This document shows, piece after piece, positions 8,040 through 18,978 of a stretch of 18,978 bases of DNA (position 1 is the first letter of the stretch; every line of letters starts with the position of its first letter). The DNA lies in contig NZ_SODD01000047.1 of NCBI RefSeq assembly GCF_004365815.1, positions 1 through 18,978 of the forward strand, in the 5' to 3' direction. This stretch comes from Breznakia blatticola (GTDB taxonomy: Bacteria; Bacillota_I; Bacilli_A; Erysipelotrichales; Erysipelotrichaceae). Both the position numbers and the translations under genes were made by a program. Below the pieces are notes generated by a model. That model had not been told where the DNA came from, made no database searches, and was given only the letters and a program-made list of their open reading frames with translations.

Positions 8040-9438
8040 TAAAGAAAAAGAACTTGGTCTTAGTGAAGAGTATGAATATGGTTTTCACGATGAAGACACA
8101 AGTGTTTATAAAACAAAAAAAGGTTTATCTAAAGAAATTGTAGAAGAGATTTCAAATATAAAAGGTGAACCAGAATGGATGAAGGAGTACCGTTTGCAAG
8201 CGTTAGAATATTTTCAAAAATCACCAATGCAAACATGGGGACCTGATCTAAGCGAAATTGACTTTGATGAATTTACATATTACATTAAACCAAGTGAGAG
8301 AACAGAAACCTCTTGGGATGATGTACCAGATACAATCAAAGACACTTTTGATCGTTTAGGAATTCCTGAAGCAGAAAAGGACTTCTTAGCAGGTGTTACA
8401 ACGCAATACGATAGTGAAGCGGTGTATCACAATATGTTACAAGAAGTGCAAGATAAGGGAGTTATCTTCCTTGATACAGATACTGCATTAAAAGAACACG
8501 AAGAACTTTTTAAGAAGTTTTTTGGGAAGTTAATTCCATATACGGATAATAAATTTGCTGCGTTAAATAGTGCAGTGTGGAGCGGTGGTAGTTTTATTTA
8601 CGTACCAAAAGGTGTGAAATTAGAAAAACCACTACAATCGTATTTCCGTATTAATACGGAACAAGGTGGACAATTTGAACGTACACTAATCATTGTTGAT
8701 GAGGGTGCAGATATTCACTATGTAGAAGGATGTACAGCACCAGTGTATTCAAAAGATAGTCTACATGCTGCTGTTGTTGAAATTTTTGTACATAAAGATG
8801 CAAAATGTCGTTACTCAACAGTACAAAACTGGAGTAGTAATATTATTAACCTTGTTACGAAACGTGCAAAAGTACTATATAACGGAAGTATGGAATGGAT
8901 CGATGGAAACATTGGTTCGGGTGTGAATATGAAATATCCTGCTTGTGTACTTGCTGAAGAATATGCAAAAGGAACAACTGTTTCGATTGCTGTTGCTAGT
9001 AAAGGACAAATCCAAGATGCAGGAGCAAAAATGATTCATTTAGCACCACATACATCAAGCACAATTATTTCGAAGTCGATTTCAAAAAAAGGTGGGGAAG
9101 TTAACTACCGTGGAATCGTACGTCATGGAAAAAATGCGAAATATGCGAAAAGTAAGATTGAATGTGATACACTTATTTTAGACAAATTAAGTCGATCAGA
9201 TACAATACCAACAAATATCGTGGAAAATAATGATTCAACTATTGAACACGAGGCAACCGTATCTAAGATTTCTGAAGAACAATTATACTATCTAATGAGT
9301 CGTGGGTTAACCAAAGAAGCTGCAGAAGAAATGATTGTAATGGGATTTTTAGAGCCATTTACAAAAGAATTACCAATGGAATATGCAGTTGAACTTAACC
9401 AACTATTGAAAATGGATATGGAAGGGTCAATCGGGTAA
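8032..9438 (+). CDS. sufB: Fe-S cluster assembly scaffold SufB
   Basis: The sequence is typical of SufB (..[10 protein letters not shown].., ..[16 protein letters not shown].., C-terminal ..[23 protein letters not shown]..). The ATG at 8032 overlaps the sufU stop (ATGACTGA) and a GAGGA SD lies upstream. Confidence 0.95.
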   Translation: MTDKEKELGLSEEYEYGFHDEDTSVYKTKKGLSKEIVEEISNIKGEPEWMKEYRLQALEYFQKSPMQTWGPDLSEIDFDEFTYYIKPSERTETSWDDVPDTIKDTFDRLGIPEAEKDFLAGVTTQYDSEAVYHNMLQEVQDKGVIFLDTDTALKEHEELFKKFFGKLIPYTDNKFAALNSAVWSGGSFIYVPKGVKLEKPLQSYFRINTEQGGQFERTLIIVDEGADIHYVEGCTAPVYSKDSLHAAVVEIFVHKDAKCRYSTVQNWSSNIINLVTKRAKVLYNGSMEWIDGNIGSGVNMKYPACVLAEEYAKGTTVSIAVASKGQIQDAGAKMIHLAPHTSSTIISKSISKKGGEVNYRGIVRHGKNAKYAKSKIECDTLILDKLSRSDTIPTNIVENNDSTIEHEATVSKISEEQLYYLMSRGLTKEAAEEMIVMGFLEPFTKELPMEYAVELNQLLKMDMEGSIG

Positions 9439-9442
9439 TACT

Positions 9443-9973
9443 ATGAAAAAGAATCTGAGAACAGAAACAAGAAAAAAACGTCAAGAACTTAACGAGCTTC
9501 AACTTGCAAACTATTCTGCAGATGTTGTTGATAAGTTAATTCCTTTATTGCGGAAATATGAAAAAATTGCCATTTATTTACCAATGAAAAGCGAAGTAGA
9601 TGTCACAAGTTTATTACGCTTGGAACGTTCGTTCTTTGCACCAGTTGTTACTGGAAAAAGAGAAATGGACTTTTACTTAATTGAAGGACTTGATCAATTT
9701 ACAATTGGATCGTTTGGTCAAAAAGAACCAATCTCAGATTTTAAAATAGAACCAGAAGATCTTGAAGTCATCATTGTCCCACTTGTCGGGTTTGATGAAA
9801 AACTAAACCGCCTTGGTCAAGGTGGTGGATACTATGATGTGTATCTAAAAAAGACAAATGCACTTAAAATTGGTGTTGGATTTGAAGCACAGAAATTAGC
9901 AGATATTCCAACAGAAACATTTGATGTTCCACTAGACTATATTGTAAGTGAAGCGAAGGTATATCATAAATAA
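9443..9973 (+). CDS. 5-formyltetrahydrofolate cyclo-ligase (MTHFS / 5-FCL family)
   Basis: Small size (176 aa) and the family signature IVPLVGFD..NRLGQGGGYYDVYL plus the C-terminal ..FDVPLDYIVSE. It starts 4 nt after the sufB stop with no terminator or promoter between. Confidence 0.85.
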   Translation: MKKNLRTETRKKRQELNELQLANYSADVVDKLIPLLRKYEKIAIYLPMKSEVDVTSLLRLERSFFAPVVTGKREMDFYLIEGLDQFTIGSFGQKEPISDFKIEPEDLEVIIVPLVGFDEKLNRLGQGGGYYDVYLKKTNALKIGVGFEAQKLADIPTETFDVPLDYIVSEAKVYHK

Positions 9974-10359
9974 AACAAAATAAGAGTCCCAAGTACTAGA
10001 AATGGTAGAAAGGGGATTCTTTTTTTATTAGATATATACATATAGAATAATCCGCAAGTATTTGCAATCATTAACATGTAAAGCATATGAGTAAAACCAA
10101 GGAATACATATGCATATACAATGTATTTTATGTCCGCTCCACCTAAAAAAGACTTGGCATAACAAATAGCAAGGATGAAAAAGAAGATCAAACTCATCCA
10201 TGGATGTTCAATTCTATATGAATAATTTAAATGCAAGTCGATATACAATAGAATAAAGAATCGATCTTGAATGATTTGATTGTCAAGATCTTGTAAACAA
10301 ATGTAAATGAATAAACAAAGTGTAGATAGTTCCATACCATCTATACAATTTAAAAACAT
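9964..10359 (-). CDS. Short A24-family prepilin-peptidase-like polytopic membrane protein
   Basis: Both Asp-box contexts of type IV prepilin peptidases are recognisable: LQDLDNQIIQD, and FLGGADIKY compared with the G-x-G-D-x-K-L motif. The C-terminal RIPFLPFLVLG resembles the IPFGP..LG motif. It is only 131 aa, very hydrophobic and AT-rich. The start is uncertain (alternative ATG at 10335). Confidence 0.6.
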   Translation of the reverse strand: MFLNCIDGMELSTLCLFIYICLQDLDNQIIQDRFFILLYIDLHLNYSYRIEHPWMSLIFFFILAICYAKSFLGGADIKYIVYAYVFLGFTHMLYMLMIANTCGLFYMYISNKKRIPFLPFLVLGTLILFYL

Positions 10360-10373
10360 AGATTCCTAGAATG

Positions 10374-10382
10374 TGGTAAAAT
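10374..10382 (+). promoter_or_regulatory. Extended -10 promoter element for the HAD phosphatase gene
   Basis: TGgTAAAAT (TG at 10374-10375, hexamer at 10377-10382) lies about 20 nt upstream of the start at 10404. The -35 region is poor. Confidence 0.4.
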
Positions 10383-10403
10383 AGAGAACATACGAGGTAG
10401 ATT

Positions 10404-11165
10404 ATGAAGACATTTTTGATTGATTTAGATGGTACCATGTACCACGGAAGTATTATGGTAGAGGGAGCACAAGCGTTTTTGGATCGTATTAAAGAAAGCG
10501 GGAATCGCTATATCTTTCTTACAAATAATGCAACACGTACATTAAAACAAAATAAAGAACATATGGAAGCGATTGGTTTTAATGGAATTCAAGAAGAAGA
10601 TTTCTTTACTTCAAGTATGGCTGCAGCGATGCATGTAGCTGAAAACTATAAAGAGCGAAATGCATATATGGTTGGAAAAGATGGATTACGTGAAGCATTA
10701 CTTACCAATGGATTTCATATTACAGATAAAGATGTTGATTTCGTTTTTGTTGGGTTAGATAAAGATGGAACGTATGAAATGTATTCACATGCACTCTCAT
10801 TTTTACTAAACGGTGCAAAACTAATCGGTACAAATAGTGATCGTCGTTTAGCAACAAGTGAAGGATATGCTATAGGAAATGGAAGTGTTGTGGCTTTATT
10901 TGAATATGCAAGTGAACAAAAAAGTGAAAAGATAGGGAAACCCTATGCACCTATCTTAAATCAAGCATTACGTTATTTTGATATACAAAAAGAAGATGTC
11001 GTTATGGTAGGTGATAATCTAGAGACGGATATAGCCCTTGGACAAAATACAGGAATTGACACTATTTTAATTACAAGTGGAGTACATTCACGCATAGATG
11101 TTGAAACCTTTGGAATTAAACCAACATATATCGTTGATTCGCTTGATGAAATTCAAGTGATTTGA
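10404..11165 (+). CDS. HAD-IIA family sugar/nitrophenyl phosphatase (NagD/YutF-like)
   Basis: HAD motif I FLIDLDGTMYHG, motif II FLTNNATR, the downstream GKP lysine motif and motif IV MVGDNLETDI. The size is 253 aa and a GAGGT SD is present. Confidence 0.85.
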   Translation: MKTFLIDLDGTMYHGSIMVEGAQAFLDRIKESGNRYIFLTNNATRTLKQNKEHMEAIGFNGIQEEDFFTSSMAAAMHVAENYKERNAYMVGKDGLREALLTNGFHITDKDVDFVFVGLDKDGTYEMYSHALSFLLNGAKLIGTNSDRRLATSEGYAIGNGSVVALFEYASEQKSEKIGKPYAPILNQALRYFDIQKEDVVMVGDNLETDIALGQNTGIDTILITSGVHSRIDVETFGIKPTYIVDSLDEIQVI

Positions 11166-11196
11166 AAGGATTTATAAAAAAAGTAGAAAAAAGATG

Positions 11197-11210
11197 TGAA
11201 AGCGGTTGCA
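11197..11210. promoter_or_regulatory. Catabolite-responsive element (cre, CcpA operator) overlapping the licT promoter -35
   Basis: TGAAAGCGGTTGCA matches the TGWAANCGNTNWCA consensus at 13 of 14 positions by hand count. It overlaps the TTGCAA -35 box. Confidence 0.6.
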
Positions 11211-11233
11211 ATTATGTGCAATTGTGGTACAAT
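11206..11233 (+). promoter_or_regulatory. Sigma-A promoter of the licT-PTS transcription unit
   Basis: TTGCAA (11206-11211), a 16-nt spacer, then the extended -10 TGgTACAAT (hexamer at 11228-11233). The predicted start falls a few nt before the RAT. Confidence 0.6.
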
Positions 11234-11246
11234 TCAATTATAAATT

Positions 11247-11275
11247 GGATAGTGATTGTGAGAACAAGCTAAACC
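11247..11275 (+). promoter_or_regulatory. RAT (ribonucleic antiterminator) target of BglG/LicT-family antiterminators
   Basis: GGATAGTGATTGTGAGAACAAGCTAAACC aligns with the 29-nt RAT consensus GGATTGTTACTGC....GCAGGCAAAACC. The changes in the upper stem are compensatory (CTGC/GCAG becomes TTGT/ACAA). Confidence 0.65.
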
Positions 11276-11350
11276 TATTTGCCCAAACAATGATAAATAT
11301 GCAGGATTTTTGTATATTATCAGAGTTAGGTGAATAGGTTTTTATCTTTA
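11271..11350 (+). terminator. Long conditional terminator overlapping the 3' end of the RAT
   Basis: The outer helix pairs 11271-11283 with 11329-11341 (AAACCTATT/AATAGGTTT plus two G-U and two G-C pairs). It encloses an AU-rich inner hairpin (11291-11322) and is followed by TTTTTATCTTTATTT. The 5' arm shares AAACC with the RAT, the classical mutually exclusive design. Confidence 0.55.
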
Positions 11351-11371
11351 TTTGGAGAATGTGAGGGAAAT

Positions 11372-12214
11372 ATGAGGATTGAAAAAATACTAAACAACAA
11401 TGTCGTAGTTATACTTGATCAACATCAAAATGAAAAGATTGTGATGGGTTGTGGACTCGCATTTAAGAAGAAAGTTGGAGACGAAGTTGATCCAGGGATG
11501 ATAGATAAAGAATTCTTTATGGCAAACCCAGATATGAATAGTCGTTTCCAAGAGTTATTGGTTGATATCCCAATGGAGTACGTACAACTCTCAGAAGAAA
11601 TTGTAACCTTTGCAAAAACACATTTAGGTAGAAAATTGAATGATTCAATTTACATTTCAATTGTCGACCATATGTATACTGCAATTGTACGTTTCAATGA
11701 AGGAATTACTGTAAAGAATGCTTTGTTGTGGGATACAAAACGTTTTTATCCTGATGAATATGCAGTCGGGAAAACCGCTTTGGATATGATTGAGGAAAAA
11801 TTCAATGTGCGTTTACCAGATGATGAAGCTGGATTCGTTGCTTTACACTTAGTGAATGCAGAGATGGATGAAGATATCGAAGATGTTTATGAAATTACAA
11901 CAGTAATGCAAGAAATATCAAACATTGTAAAGTATTACTTCAATGTAGAGTTTGATGAAGATTCCGTATATTTCTATCGATTTATTACACACTTAAAGTT
12001 CTTTGCGCAACGTCTGATTCACAAGAACACATATACTGGAAATCAAGAAGATGACTTATTAGAACTCATTAAAGTGAAATATAAAAATGCATACGATTGT
12101 GTATTAAAAATTACAAAGTTTATTGTTGAGAAATATGATTATGTTCTTTCAAATGAAGAACAATTATACTTAACAATTCATATTGAGCGCGTTATTTATA
12201 AAACAGATAAATAA
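11372..12214 (+). CDS. licT: BglG/LicT/SacY-family transcriptional antiterminator (CAT RNA-binding domain + two PRDs)
   Basis: The N-terminus MRIEKILNNNVVV is the CAT-domain hallmark. The size of about 280 aa fits two PRD regions with conserved His. A GAGGGA SD precedes the ATG at 11372. The ORF-track start at 11330 lies inside the leader terminator. Confidence 0.9.
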   Translation: MRIEKILNNNVVVILDQHQNEKIVMGCGLAFKKKVGDEVDPGMIDKEFFMANPDMNSRFQELLVDIPMEYVQLSEEIVTFAKTHLGRKLNDSIYISIVDHMYTAIVRFNEGITVKNALLWDTKRFYPDEYAVGKTALDMIEEKFNVRLPDDEAGFVALHLVNAEMDEDIEDVYEITTVMQEISNIVKYYFNVEFDEDSVYFYRFITHLKFFAQRLIHKNTYTGNQEDDLLELIKVKYKNAYDCVLKITKFIVEKYDYVLSNEEQLYLTIHIERVIYKTDK

Positions 12215-12224
12215 CCGATGTAAA

Positions 12225-12239
12225 GTGATCATTGATCAC
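12225..12239. repeat. Perfect palindrome GTGATCA-T-TGATCAC just after the licT stop
   Basis: The 7-bp arms are perfectly complementary around a single central T. The loop is too tight for a stable hairpin and no T-run follows, so it is more consistent with a dimeric protein-binding site than a terminator. Confidence 0.35.
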
Positions 12240-12288
12240 AAATAAATTCGTCATTTATAAAGCAATTATAAGGAAATGAAAGGGGGAT

Positions 12289-12319
12289 TTGACAGGTACT
12301 TGCTTTGTAAAAATATAGT
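12289..12319 (+). promoter_or_regulatory. Possible internal promoter upstream of the PTS gene
   Basis: There is a perfect TTGACA (12289-12294), but only weak or mis-spaced -10 candidates: AATATA at 17 nt and TATAGT at 19 nt. Confidence 0.3.
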
Positions 12320-14284
<1,965 letters not shown>

Positions 14285-14296
14285 AAACACACACAA

Positions 14297-14323
14297 AGCA
14301 TTAGGGAAACCTAATGTTTTGTT
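14297..14323 (+). terminator. Rho-independent terminator after the PTS gene
   Basis: CATTAGG (14299-14305) pairs with CCTAATG (14310-14316) around loop GAAA, followed by TTTTGTT. Confidence 0.8.
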
Positions 14324-14367
14324 GCCTTTATAGATAAAAAAAGAATGAAAATAATGCATTTATTGCC

Positions 14368-15871
<1,504 letters not shown>

Positions 15872-15881
15872 TTAAATCATT

Positions 15882-15935
15882 GCCTGTTTATGATGTACCG
15901 AAAACTGGTAGTTGATAAACAGGCTTTATTATTTT
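15882..15935 (+). terminator. Long-stem rho-independent terminator between GH1 copy 1 and the GH4 gene
   Basis: GCCTGTTTAT (15882-15891) pairs perfectly with ATAAACAGGC (15915-15924). An inner TACC/GGTA helix is present and TTTATTATTTT follows. Confidence 0.7.
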
Positions 15936-15966
15936 ACTTAAGAAAAAGAAAGAAACTGGAGGAACT

Positions 15967-18769
<2,803 letters not shown>

Positions 18770-18774
18770 TTTTT

Positions 18775-18811
18775 AAGGATTATGTAGAAAAATTGCATAA
18801 TCCTTTTTTTC
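18775..18811 (+). terminator. Rho-independent terminator closing the beta-glucoside locus
   Basis: AAGGATTATG (18775-18784) pairs perfectly with CATAATCCTT (18796-18805) around an 11-nt loop, and the T-run continues to 18810. Confidence 0.85.
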
Positions 18812-18885
18812 ATTTTCAAGTTGAATGAAATGAACCATAATCATACAAAATACAAATCTATATCAAAGTGAATATGTATTTGCTG

Positions 18886-18978
18886 TAAATTGTAAAATTA
18901 ACTTGAAGAAAAAACGGAAAACCAAGTGATAAAAAATCGGAATTGCAATTGATGAATTTTCGGAATTATAACTTGAAG
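18886..18978. repeat. Degenerate tandem repeat with 23-bp periodicity, truncated by the window end
   Basis: CGGAA cores start at 18915, 18938 and 18961, exactly 23 bp apart. The units 18909-18931 and 18932-18954 share 17 of 23 positions by hand count. TAACTTGAAG occurs at 18899-18908 and 18969-18978, and an inverted AACTTGAA copy at 18815-18822. Confidence 0.5.

Noticed and set aside
15912-15941. TTGATA inside the 15882-15935 terminator, considered as a -35 box for the GH4-GH1 pair.
   Set aside because: The sequence at the appropriate 17-18 nt spacing (TACTTA/TTACTT) is a very poor -10, so no credible promoter can be assembled.
18886-18978. Possible start of a CRISPR array at the right edge.
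   Set aside because: The repeat units are contiguous with no unique spacers, only about 23 bp long, degenerate (17/23 and 13/23) and AT-rich. No cas genes are present. This is not CRISPR-like.

Overview
This 18,978-bp low-GC window looks like a chromosomal core-metabolism region of a Bacillota-type genome. An Erysipelotrichia-like or Bacilli-like origin is only a guess from protein style and AT-rich codon use. I read 19 densely packed protein genes. On the + strand at the left: the tail of a YibE/F-like membrane protein, then an M20 amidohydrolase translationally coupled to a CpsB/YwqE-type PHP tyrosine phosphatase. On the - strand: an operon of a membrane-anchored parvulin foldase, a PrsA-like lipoprotein and a HIT hydrolase. 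On the + strand after that: a complete Gram-positive sufCDSUB Fe-S assembly operon with a 5-formyl-THF cyclo-ligase gene attached to its end. Next come a convergent, very short A24 prepilin-peptidase-like membrane protein and a HAD-IIA phosphatase. The right half is a beta-glucoside utilisation locus: a LicT/BglG antiterminator, PTS EIIBCA(Bgl), a GH1 phospho-beta-glucosidase, a GH4 phospho-beta-glucosidase and a second GH1. I see no rRNA, tRNA, CRISPR array, transposase, integrase, phage gene or recognisable defence or toxin module, and I cannot honestly point to a convincing novel multi-gene system. The items worth a second look are regulatory and architectural. (1) A cre + promoter + RAT + long terminator switch sits in front of the antiterminator gene itself. 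(2) An A10 slippage tract lies exactly in the EIIC-EIIA linker of the PTS gene, with stop codons waiting in both alternative frames. (3) A perfect 9-7-9 inverted repeat with three CTAG cores lies in the divergent foldase/suf control region. (4) The two tandem foldases are an active and a His-less parvulin pair. (5) An orphan PHP Tyr-phosphatase is coupled to an amidohydrolase. (6) A folate-salvage gene is fused to the suf operon. (7) A degenerate 23-bp-periodic repeat runs off the right edge of the window. All function calls rest on motif recognition by eye; no database search was run.
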